From NCBI GenBank assembly GCA_026388415.1, contig JAPLJV010000006.1:48556-112555 (forward strand): a stretch of 64,000 bases of DNA, read 5' to 3'. The position numbers were made by a program, and so were the translations under genes. The stretch is from Deltaproteobacteria bacterium. GTDB lineage: Bacteria; Desulfobacterota; Syntrophia; Syntrophales; JACQWR01. How positions within the stretch are numbered: the first letter of the stretch is position 1; every line of letters starts with the position of its first letter. Below are positions 56,293 to 64,000 of this stretch, piece by piece. Under the pieces are notes generated by a model. That model saw nothing but the letters and a program-made list of their open reading frames with translations, was not told the DNA's origin and did not search any database.

Positions 56293-56418
56293 TGTCCCTC
56301 CAACATTTAGATCGGCATAGCCCAACGACTGGCATCAGCGGCGCGAGCGGCAGCCCGCGTCCGCCTGCATGCCATGGTTAGGCGCTTATCTCGCTTACAT
56401 TTGTGGCATATTTTGTTC

Positions 56419-57516
56419 TTAATCAACTTTCGTTAGATTTCCCCTCACAGGTCTCCACTTGCTTGCGTAGACGCCTGAATTTCCAAATACGTACACAGCA
56501 ACATACCTTTCCACAAGATCTTCCAATGTTCTGGCTTCTTGATCTATGTTGAGATGCGATTGAACATTGGCTTTCCCAGCATGGAGGAGCAAATTCCTAG
56601 TACGATTGTATTTCTTAAATGCCTTTATGTCAGCTTCCCAGCCTTCAATCTTTTCTGTCTGTGCAAAAGCCTCGAACCGGGAAATCAGCGTTGGAGCGAA
56701 ACGAGACTCAATTCTATCAAGAAGAATCAGTAAATCATTCTTTTCAACATCATCTGAAGTGGCAACAAGATTTCTTAATGAGTTGATACTTTTTTTTGTT
56801 TCTTCGTCTATCTCATCTGATGAGCCAAGAATACACTCTAGTGGAATAAACAGATATAAAAATTTTGCTACGTGATCTCTTTCTCTCCAGGCACGGAGTA
56901 GCCACTGAAAAACTCGTGATACATCGGTCCGTCCTTTTTCATCAAGCCTACAAAATAATTCCAAGTGAGATTTGAGAGAATCTAATCCAAATTGTGTAAG
57001 AGTCACCGGTTCAAGGACTTCCGCGAAATCGCCTACAAAGTTACTTACTGGTACGGGGACGCTACCAATAAAAGAATTCTCAACAAGAGGCTTAAGTATG
57101 AACTGCCTATGGAATCTTAGGCCGACAAGTCCACAAATTGTATCAAGCACTTTTGTGTATGTTGGCTTTTCTTTTTCAACCTCATTCAAAAGATAATCTG
57201 TAGCCTTCTTTTCTTGTTTTGCCAGGCCCAAGCTTACTTCTTCAGTGACTGAAATGGATAAAGAGACTGCTATCTCCATGAAGCAGTTTGATTTGTAGTC
57301 AGGGATAGTTTTTAGCATATTGGTTTTTTTCCCTGGGATACAATATGGATCTGATGGTTCAAACGCTACAATTCCCATTGGCGGTTTGGGACCGATATAG
57401 AAGGACATTTCACCATTTCCCGTAATTGGAAAACTATGCTGTACTTCTGACATGCCTTGAATCCCGCAACCCAAAGCGTCGTATAGCCTTCTTAGTCCTA
57501 TCCGTTCGATACCCAT
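56419..57516 (-). CDS. hypothetical protein with a C-terminal HEPN-like R-x4-H motif (ApeA-like?)
   Basis: KKYNRTRNLLLHAG lies near the C-terminus. The family call is tentative. Confidence 0.5.
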   Translation of the reverse strand: MGIERIGLRRLYDALGCGIQGMSEVQHSFPITGNGEMSFYIGPKPPMGIVAFEPSDPYCIPGKKTNMLKTIPDYKSNCFMEIAVSLSISVTEEVSLGLAKQEKKATDYLLNEVEKEKPTYTKVLDTICGLVGLRFHRQFILKPLVENSFIGSVPVPVSNFVGDFAEVLEPVTLTQFGLDSLKSHLELFCRLDEKGRTDVSRVFQWLLRAWRERDHVAKFLYLFIPLECILGSSDEIDEETKKSINSLRNLVATSDDVEKNDLLILLDRIESRFAPTLISRFEAFAQTEKIEGWEADIKAFKKYNRTRNLLLHAGKANVQSHLNIDQEARTLEDLVERYVAVYVFGNSGVYASKWRPVRGNLTKVD

Positions 57517-57837
57517 CTCATCCCTTAGTATCGCCTAACAATAATTAGATTGATCCATATAACACACCGAATTTTGGTTTCCTGTCCGCATAACACGCCA
57601 TCAGAGCGATTACCAAAAACGCGATAAGCTCTTTATATTCATCTTGTTGCGCCCTATATCGCGGTTTATCACGGTATCTTATGCGGATCGGCATAATACA
57701 ACCTCTTCGATTGGCGCAAAGCCCGTCCATCGGACTGCGAACACCCGCCGATTGGGTACATGGTCACATAACTACGGCGCGCTTCATATGTCAATGATTA
57801 GCTTTTTCATCATGCCCTCAGCCTGCCCGCGCAGGTC

Positions 57838-57855
57838 AGTTCAGCGCGCTGAACT
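57838..57855. promoter_or_regulatory. 18-bp perfect palindrome AGTTCAGCGCGCTGAACT (possible ParB/regulator binding site)
   Basis: A perfect inverted repeat with no flanking T-tract on either strand. It lies 95 nt beyond the stop of the ParB-like gene. Confidence 0.4.
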
Positions 57856-57950
57856 AACTTAACATTATGATATAATTAATAAATAAGCTACGGTGCCGAT
57901 CATTTCCCCGCTGAATTTTTACCCCCTTTGTCTGTCTCGGCAGCGGCTTT

Positions 57951-58721
57951 TTATTGCGCCATCGCGTCCAGTTTGCTGGTGATGGTCTGCTTCAGATTGT
58001 CCAGGGCATTGGCGAAGCTGTCCCGTTCCTCATGCGTCAGGATCGTGACGTCCAGGTCGCTGATCTTTTCCCCTATCGCGCCTACGGCATTGCAGGTGTT
58101 TTGGGCAACCGACAGCCGGGCGCCGATCCCGGTCTTTTTCTGGGGATTCAACCCTGCCTTGTATTTTTGGTAGGCCGTTACCATGCTGCGCGCTTGTTTC
58201 TTTTGGGCTATCCCGACGAGCACGCGTTTCGGTATGGCCGGATCTTTGCGGCAGTCATCCAAGACCTCCGGGGGTAGTTTGTTGATCGAGAGGGTGCTGG
58301 AAATCGTTGCTTTGGATTTGCTGAATTTCCTGGCCAGGTCATCCTGGGAGAAGCTGTGTTTCTTCATGAGGCGGTCCATCGCCTCGGCCTCCTCGACGGC
58401 CGTCAGATCTGAGCGCAGGATGTTTTCTACCAGAGAGATTTCGTCGTAGTTGGCGCTGTTTGTATAGAGGACGGCTATTTCCGTTAGTCCCGCCATCCGT
58501 GCGGCCGTGCAGCGCCGTTCGCCTGTTACGATGTATTTCAGGCCGCCTGCGTCTATCCGGAATGTGGGCGGCTGGATGATGCCGTGCTCTTTGATGGATT
58601 CCACCATCTCCGTCAGGGCCGCCGGGTCCAGGTACTTGCGCGGCTGATCGGAATCGGGCAGCAGATCGCTTAGGGCGATCAGGTAAAGTTGACCGGGGAT
58701 GTAGGTTTCATTTGTCGCCAT
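57951..58721 (-). CDS. ParB/Srx-fold N-terminal domain protein (orphan ParB-like)
   Basis: DQPRKYLDPAALTEMVESIKEHGIIQPP...IVTGERRCTAARMAGL is the ParB box, followed by an HTH-like segment. The ATG at 58721 has a GAAGGAGG RBS. No parA is present. Confidence 0.75.
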   Translation of the reverse strand: MATNETYIPGQLYLIALSDLLPDSDQPRKYLDPAALTEMVESIKEHGIIQPPTFRIDAGGLKYIVTGERRCTAARMAGLTEIAVLYTNSANYDEISLVENILRSDLTAVEEAEAMDRLMKKHSFSQDDLARKFSKSKATISSTLSINKLPPEVLDDCRKDPAIPKRVLVGIAQKKQARSMVTAYQKYKAGLNPQKKTGIGARLSVAQNTCNAVGAIGEKISDLDVTILTHEERDSFANALDNLKQTITSKLDAMAQ

Positions 58722-59090
58722 CGGAGGCTCCTCCTTCAAAACGAAAAAACCCCGCGATCCGGGAGGAACAACGGGGGTATGGGGTTGATTGACCTGTTCA
58801 TGACTTCCCTTGGCCTTGGGTCTTCAGTTGAGGGGAACAGATTTAATTTGTTCCCTTTGCCTCCGATATGGCATGAGCCTTCGATTATGTCAATAAAATT
58901 TGCCCTTTGCTGACCCTCGTCGCGATGAAATCCCGGGGCATGATTTCCGTGGAGTCCTTTTGTCGGTGCGTAGGAAAAAAGAATCAAGGTTGACGATACG
59001 CCTCTCCAACAACCGGTGTGCGGGGTTGGCAATATTGTAATCGGGGGCAGATGGGGCTGGAGGCGGGGGCCAGTGCAATATCCACTTGAG

Positions 59091-59114
59091 ATCCTTCGAC
59101 AAGCTCAGGATGAG
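59091..59114. repeat. REP-like hairpin element (inverse copy of 49871-49897)
   Basis: ATCCT-tcgacaagctc-AGGATGAG. Its reverse complement matches CTCATCCTGAGCccGTCGAAGGAT with 2 mismatches. Confidence 0.6.
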
Positions 59115-59144
59115 CGGGGGGATTGCATCCCCGGGGTAGGCGCC

Positions 59145-59177
59145 ATAAAAAAGGCGCCCCCTTTGCAGAGGGCGCCT
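59145..59177 (-). terminator. rho-independent terminator of hppA
   Basis: The minus strand reads GGCGCCC-tctgcaaag-GGGGCGCC followed by TTTTTTAT, beginning 10 nt after the hppA stop. Confidence 0.75.
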
Positions 59178-59186
59178 GGTTGGGTT

Positions 59187-61631
59187 CTACAGTTGTTCGC
59201 CTGATATCCTCATTCCATAGAAGGAACGATAGACGAAGACCAGGGCAATGAGAAAGAAGATGGAGGCCAGGGTTGTCTTCAAACCGATATAGCCTGCCTT
59301 CTGCATTTCCACGGCAATCTCCACGGCCAGCAAGCCAAACAGGGTCGTAAACTTGATAACCGGGTTCAGGGAAACCGATGACGTGTCCTTGAAGGGGTCG
59401 CCTACCGTATCACCGACCACCGTCGCCTCGTGCAGCGGGGTGTTCTTTTCCTTCAGATCCACTTCGACGATTTTCTTCGCATTGTCCCAGCACCCGCCGG
59501 CATTGGCCATAAAGATCGCCTGGAAGAGGCCGAAGAAGGCAATGGCAATCAGATAGCCGATGAAAAAGTAGGGATTGAAAAAGGACAGCGCGAGCGTCAT
59601 AAAGAAGATGACCACAAAGATATTGATCATGCCCTTTTGTGCATAGATCGTACAGATCTTCACAACTTCCTTGCTGTCTTCAATCGAGGCGGTCGCGTCG
59701 GTCAGCTTGATATTGTCCTTGATAAAGACCACGGCCCGGTAAGCGCCGGTAACGACGGCCTGCGTTGACGCGCCGGTAAACCAGTAAACCACGCAGCCGC
59801 CCATGAGCAGACCGAGAATTATTTCCGGCTGCACCAGGCTTAGGTGCTCGACTACATTGCCGAAGACGCTCTGCAGCAGCATGATGATGCCGAATACCAT
59901 TGTGGTGGCGCCGACGACCGCCGTGCCGATGAGGACCGGTTTGGCAGTGGCTTTAAATGTATTGCCGGCGCCGTCGGCCCCTTCGAGAATATCCTTGGAG
60001 TGTTCGAAATCCGGTTCAAAACCGAAATCTTTTTTAATAGCTTTCTTGATGTCCGGTATCTTCTCGATCATGGAAAGTTCATAGATTGACTGGGCATTAT
60101 CCGATACGGGGCCAAAGCTATCCACGGCAATGGTAACTGGTCCCATGCCGAGAAATCCGAAGGCCACCAGGCCGAAGGCGAATACCGGCGCTGCAAACCT
60201 GAAGGCTTCGGGCATAATGGCCATGATGGCCGGGGTTGTCGAGACGAGATAGGCGACGAGCATCAGCACCAGGATGATCAGCCCTTCCCAGAAGGCGGAA
60301 AAATTTCCGGCTACAAAACCGGATAGGATAACTAAAGAAGCGCCGCCCTGGCGTCCCGAGTTGACCACTTCCTGACAGTGAATTGATTTCGTGCTGGTGA
60401 ATATCTTGGTAAACTCAGGGATCAAGGCCCCGGCGATCGTGCCGCAACTGATGATCAGAGCGAGAGCCCACCAGAGTGAGGCAAATGTTGCCACGGGTTG
60501 AAGGTCGGAAAGCAGGATATAACTGGCGGCAAAGGTGACGATGATGGAGACGGCAGAGGTAAGCCAGACCAGGTTCGTCAGGGGTTGTTCCAGATCAAGC
60601 TCTTTTTTGCCGACATAAAGCGCGGCATTCAGGCTTTCATTGATGAAGTACGATGCCAGCGAGGTCAGGATCATGAGAATCCTCATGGCGAAGATCCAGA
60701 CGATGAGCGTTCCTGCCATATAGGGATTAGCCGTCAGCGCCAGGGCCAGGAAGGCAATCAGGGCCACGCCGGTTACTCCGTATGTTTCAAAACCGTCAGC
60801 AGTCGGCCCGACGCTGTCGCCGGCATTGTCGCCCGTGCAGTCGGCGATGACGCCGGGATTTTTCGGATCATCCTCGGGAAGGTGAAAGACGATCTTCATC
60901 AGATCTGATCCGATGTCGGCAATCTTGGTGAAGATACCGCCGCAGATCCTCAGGGCGCTGGCGCCGAGAGATTCGCCAATGGCAAAGCCGACAAAGCAGG
61001 GTCCGGCCAGTTCCTTGGGCAGAAAGACCAGGATGCAGATCATGAAGAAAAGTTCCACGCTGACGAGTAAAAGCCCCACGCTCATACCGGAGCGCAGGCA
61101 GATGTTGACAATGTTGATCGGGGCGCCGCGCAGTGAGGCGAATGCTGCCCGGGAGTTAGCCACCGTGTTGATTCTGATACCAAACCAGGCCACACCGTAA
61201 GAACCGAGGATGCCCATGATGGAGCTGAACAGAATCATCAATACATTTTTTACGGGGGCGTTCTGCAGGCCGGCAAAATAGTAGATGATGCAAATGGCGA
61301 TCAATATCCAGAGATAGGCCAGAAACTTTCCCTGCTGCGTCAGGTAGGTCTTGCATGTTTCCCAGATGGTAGCGGAAACGTCCAGCATGGATTTGTGCGC
61401 CGGCAGACTTTTGGTCTGTCTGTATTGCAGAACTCCGAACATCATGCCGATGACACAGATCACGAGGCCCCAGTAAAGGATACTGAGACCAGAGACTGAT
61501 GAGCCCGCAATGTTGAAAACAACATTGGTCAGGTCAGGCAACTTGATGTCTGCTTCCCCGGCAAAAGCTGCCGAACTTAAAAAAATTACACTAAGTGCGG
61601 AAAAAAAAGATAAAAAACGATGTTTAATCAT
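59187..61631 (-). CDS. hppA: membrane-bound ion-translocating pyrophosphatase
   Basis: 814 aa polytopic protein with GGIFTKIADIGSDL, DNAGDSVGP and DTVGDPFKD motifs. Confidence 0.93.
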   Translation of the reverse strand: MIKHRFLSFFSALSVIFLSSAAFAGEADIKLPDLTNVVFNIAGSSVSGLSILYWGLVICVIGMMFGVLQYRQTKSLPAHKSMLDVSATIWETCKTYLTQQGKFLAYLWILIAICIIYYFAGLQNAPVKNVLMILFSSIMGILGSYGVAWFGIRINTVANSRAAFASLRGAPINIVNICLRSGMSVGLLLVSVELFFMICILVFLPKELAGPCFVGFAIGESLGASALRICGGIFTKIADIGSDLMKIVFHLPEDDPKNPGVIADCTGDNAGDSVGPTADGFETYGVTGVALIAFLALALTANPYMAGTLIVWIFAMRILMILTSLASYFINESLNAALYVGKKELDLEQPLTNLVWLTSAVSIIVTFAASYILLSDLQPVATFASLWWALALIISCGTIAGALIPEFTKIFTSTKSIHCQEVVNSGRQGGASLVILSGFVAGNFSAFWEGLIILVLMLVAYLVSTTPAIMAIMPEAFRFAAPVFAFGLVAFGFLGMGPVTIAVDSFGPVSDNAQSIYELSMIEKIPDIKKAIKKDFGFEPDFEHSKDILEGADGAGNTFKATAKPVLIGTAVVGATTMVFGIIMLLQSVFGNVVEHLSLVQPEIILGLLMGGCVVYWFTGASTQAVVTGAYRAVVFIKDNIKLTDATASIEDSKEVVKICTIYAQKGMINIFVVIFFMTLALSFFNPYFFIGYLIAIAFFGLFQAIFMANAGGCWDNAKKIVEVDLKEKNTPLHEATVVGDTVGDPFKDTSSVSLNPVIKFTTLFGLLAVEIAVEMQKAGYIGLKTTLASIFFLIALVFVYRSFYGMRISGEQL

Positions 61632-61641
61632 ACTAACCTCC

Positions 61642-62220
61642 CTAAGTTAAATTATTGGACCTCATGTTGTAAATGCGCATCGCCGACTCTATGCCGTTTT
61701 CGACAATCTCTCCCGCCGCATCGCCAGCGACGGTAATAATATTGGGCAACTCTTTTTGTTCTTCCGCAGTAAAAGGGGAGAGTACGTAACTTTCTACCAT
61801 CCTCTTACGGGCCGGTTTCCCGATACCGATCCTCACCCGGAAGAAATCGGAGCTCCCCAAATGCTCAATGATGGAAGCTAAACCCTTATGCCCGCCGCTA
61901 CCGCCCCCTTTTTTTAAACGCACGGTCGGGAAGGGCAGGTCCAAGTCATCATGGATGACGAGCATATCTTCAATATCCGTCCTAAAATAAGCCAGCAGCT
62001 TTTCTACGGCCACACCACTTAAATTCATAAAGGTCTGTGGTTTGGCCAGGAAAACCGCTTCCTTGGCGATCCGCCCCTGGCCAAAAAAGGCATCGAAGCC
62101 TCGCCTCTGCAAGGAGATTCCGTACCGTCCGGCCAGATAATCAACGGTGAGAAATCCCAGGTTGTGCCTGTTCGCCTGATACTGCTCCCCGGGATTTCCC
62201 AGACCGACTATCAGCTTCAC
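61642..62220 (-). CDS. pth: peptidyl-tRNA hydrolase
   Basis: MKLIVGLGNPG...RHNLGF start. Confidence 0.93.
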   Translation of the reverse strand: MKLIVGLGNPGEQYQANRHNLGFLTVDYLAGRYGISLQRRGFDAFFGQGRIAKEAVFLAKPQTFMNLSGVAVEKLLAYFRTDIEDMLVIHDDLDLPFPTVRLKKGGGSGGHKGLASIIEHLGSSDFFRVRIGIGKPARKRMVESYVLSPFTAEEQKELPNIITVAGDAAGEIVENGIESAMRIYNMRSNNLT

Positions 62221-62248
62221 GGGCCATTCTCCCTGCGCAGGTCATAAC

Positions 62249-62872
62249 CTATTTGGCCGGCTCCGTCTCTGAGGGGATTATTGCTTCAACCTCCTCTTCC
62301 GGCTTGATGATGGCCTTCGGGGCCGCTAAGGTGGCGACCACGGTATCGGCATGATCAAGAACGACGACGCCGTCCGAGGCAGCGAGGTCATGCACTTTAA
62401 ATGAGTCGCCGATCTGCATGCCGCTTATATCCGCCGCCACAAACTCCGGACGCACTCCCGGCAGGCAGGAGACCTTCAATTCTCTCTTCAACAGATGCAA
62501 TTCCCCACCATCGTCCACCCCTTTGGGTTTGCCTGAGAAATGGATGGGAATCTCGAAGGTAAACTTATGTTCCATATTAATTTCATAAAAATCGGCATGC
62601 ACCAACCGTCGGCTTAAGGGCTCAATCTGCAGCTCTTTAAGCACGGCAAGTTTCTCAAATTTGTTATCCTGACCGGCGATCATCAATTTGATAAAGCCTT
62701 TTCCCTCTTTTTTCCGCAGACTCATAAGCTCGGCGACGTTTACATCCAGCAGGATCGCTTCCGTTCCCGGTCCATAAAATACGGCCGGTATCATGCCTTT
62801 TGATCTTAATCTGCGGGAGTGCCCTTTACCGGACGCTGCGCGGACAAGTGCATTTAATTCATTTGCTTCCAT
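62249..62872 (-). CDS. rplY: 50S ribosomal protein L25 / general stress protein Ctc
   Basis: RRLRSKGMIPAVFYG motif, 207 aa, in prs-ctc-pth synteny. Confidence 0.9.
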   Translation of the reverse strand: MEANELNALVRAASGKGHSRRLRSKGMIPAVFYGPGTEAILLDVNVAELMSLRKKEGKGFIKLMIAGQDNKFEKLAVLKELQIEPLSRRLVHADFYEINMEHKFTFEIPIHFSGKPKGVDDGGELHLLKRELKVSCLPGVRPEFVAADISGMQIGDSFKVHDLAASDGVVVLDHADTVVATLAAPKAIIKPEEEVEAIIPSETEPAK

Positions 62873-62881
62873 CTGTGCCTC

Positions 62882-63823
62882 CTAAACAAAAAGTGAACTT
62901 ACCGATTCATTGTAAAAAATACGCTTCACCGCCTCGCTGAGTAATCCGGCGACGGAGAGTACGGTGATGCGCTTACAGGCCTTGGCATTTTCCTGCAAAG
63001 GAATCGTGTCCGTAACGATAACTTCTTTGATATTGGATCCTTGCAGTCGCTCGATAGCGGGGCCGGAAAGAACGGGATGGGTGCAACAAACGGAAACTTC
63101 TGTGGCGCCGGCTTCTTCCAGGGCCTGGGCGGCTTTAATAACCGTGCCGGCCGTATCAATCATATCGTCCAGGATTATGACGCGACACCCTTTGACCTCG
63201 CCGATAATGTTCATCACCTGGGCCTCATTAGGACCCTCCCGGCGTTTATCAATGATGGCCAGATTGGCGCCCAGTCGCGTCCCAAAGGCTCGGGCCCGCC
63301 CCACACCGCCCGTATCGGGAGAGACGAGGACCGTATTTTCCGGATAATTCTTTTTGAGATAATCTATTAGTACGGGTGTGGCAAAGAGGTTGTCCACCGG
63401 GATGTTAAAAAACCCTTGAATCTGACCGGCATGAAGGTCCATGGCTAAAACGCGGTTCGCTCCGGCCGTGGTGATGAGATCGGCAACGAGCTTGGCCGTG
63501 ATCGGCGCCCGGGGGGCAACTTTCCGGTCCTGCCGCGCATATCCGTAGTAGGGTATCACAGCCGTAATGCGATCGGCCGAAGCCCTTTTCATGGCATCAA
63601 TCATGATGAGGAGTTCCATGCAGGTTACATTTACGGGCGAACAGGTGGGCTGAATGATAAAGACATCCATGCCGCGCACGTTCTCGTCAATCTCCACCCT
63701 GGTTTCGCCGTCGCTGAACGTTGTCACGTTGGCCATGCCCAGCTTGACACCCAGGTTTTTCGCTATCTTGCCGGCCAGGAGGACATTTGCATTTCCGGAG
63801 AAAACCCTAATCTTTTCGAGCAT
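62882..63823 (-). CDS. prs: ribose-phosphate pyrophosphokinase
   Basis: [27 protein letters not shown] and the PRPP loop [11 protein letters not shown]. Confidence 0.95.
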   Translation of the reverse strand: MLEKIRVFSGNANVLLAGKIAKNLGVKLGMANVTTFSDGETRVEIDENVRGMDVFIIQPTCSPVNVTCMELLIMIDAMKRASADRITAVIPYYGYARQDRKVAPRAPITAKLVADLITTAGANRVLAMDLHAGQIQGFFNIPVDNLFATPVLIDYLKKNYPENTVLVSPDTGGVGRARAFGTRLGANLAIIDKRREGPNEAQVMNIIGEVKGCRVIILDDMIDTAGTVIKAAQALEEAGATEVSVCCTHPVLSGPAIERLQGSNIKEVIVTDTIPLQENAKACKRITVLSVAGLLSEAVKRIFYNESVSSLFV

Positions 63824-63847
63824 GAAAATCCTTTCTATCTATGAATA

Positions 63848-63922
63848 TGGCTGGGGCGGGAGGATTCGAACCTCCGAATGCAGGAACCAAAGTCCTGTGT
63901 CTTACCGCTTGACGACGCCCCA
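63848..63922 (-). tRNA. tRNA-Gln (anticodon UUG)
   Basis: The reverse complement reads TGGGGCGTCGTCAAGCGGTAAGACACAGGACTTTGGTTCCTGCATTCGGAGGTTCGAATCCTCCCGCCCCAGCCA. It has a 7-bp acceptor stem, the anticodon loop C-T-TTG-G-T and the T-loop GGTTCGAATCC. Confidence 0.92.
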
Positions 63923-63949
63923 ATTTTTATAAAATTATAAAACGTCTCA

Positions 63950-64000
63950 TCAGATGGAATGGGCAAGATGAATCCACCATTTCCCGAAGCCTTGTGCCGT
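63950..64000 (-). CDS. 3' end of an ORF running off the right edge (possibly ispE, by synteny only)
   Basis: The minus frame ...TAQGFGKWWIHLAHSI* is open to the window edge. The identity is a guess from the common ispE-tRNA-Gln-prs order. Confidence 0.2.
   Translation of the reverse strand, partial: TAQGFGKWWIHLAHSI

Noticed and set aside
57545-57730. 61-aa minus-strand ORF between the HEPN-like gene and the ParB-like gene
   Set aside because: It has no RBS and an odd composition (RIRYRDKPRYRAQQ), and it lies in a region with hairpin repeats. The evidence for coding is insufficient.

Overview
Chromosomal window with a backbone of roughly 55-60% GC (hand counts only). Gene content and REP-like repeats suggest a Desulfobacterota/deltaproteobacterial genome, but this is inference and cannot be verified here. 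About 45 housekeeping genes sit in conserved blocks: comEA-lysC-tsaE-acpS-folP-ftsH-tilS; DUF2520-panB; htpG; a PAS/GAF/HD-GYP signalling protein; xdhC-like-ubiX-recJ; rpmB; pfk-purN-purM; recG; PTS-Man IIA/IIB/IIC-rimI-pyrK-pyrD; glyQS; hppA-pth-ctc-prs. There are two tRNAs, tRNA-Pro(GGG) and tRNA-Gln(UUG). I saw no rRNA and no CRISPR array. Three accessory patches interrupt the backbone. (i) Left edge to tRNA-Pro: a partial toxin ORF, an MqsA-like antitoxin, a transposase remnant and short repeats beside the tRNA 3' end. (ii) 28.6-40.5 kb, after recG: decayed TA genes, an AT-rich two-gene module, copZ-copA, and a type I R-M operon (hsdR plus an hsdM fused to a single-TRD hsdS). That operon runs straight into a translationally coupled triad of GHKL-type ATPase/kinase, STAS-like (DUF4325-like) protein and PIN-like nuclease, followed by mtnA and RAYT gene fragments. 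(iii) 50.2-57.9 kb, between glyQ and hppA: a low-GC, all-minus-strand defence-type island. It holds a PIN pair, a Mrr-type nuclease + GC-rich 0.2-kb spacer/mini-ORF + caspase-like protease, an Abi_C-type HEPN + TM protein pair, and a second HEPN-like protein. Just beyond it, at 57.8-58.8 kb, lie an 18-bp perfect palindrome and a host-like-GC orphan ParB-like gene. The best candidates for an undescribed system are the R-M-linked ATPase/STAS/PIN triad and the Mrr-nuclease/spacer/caspase operon. All family assignments come from motif recognition by eye; no searches were run.
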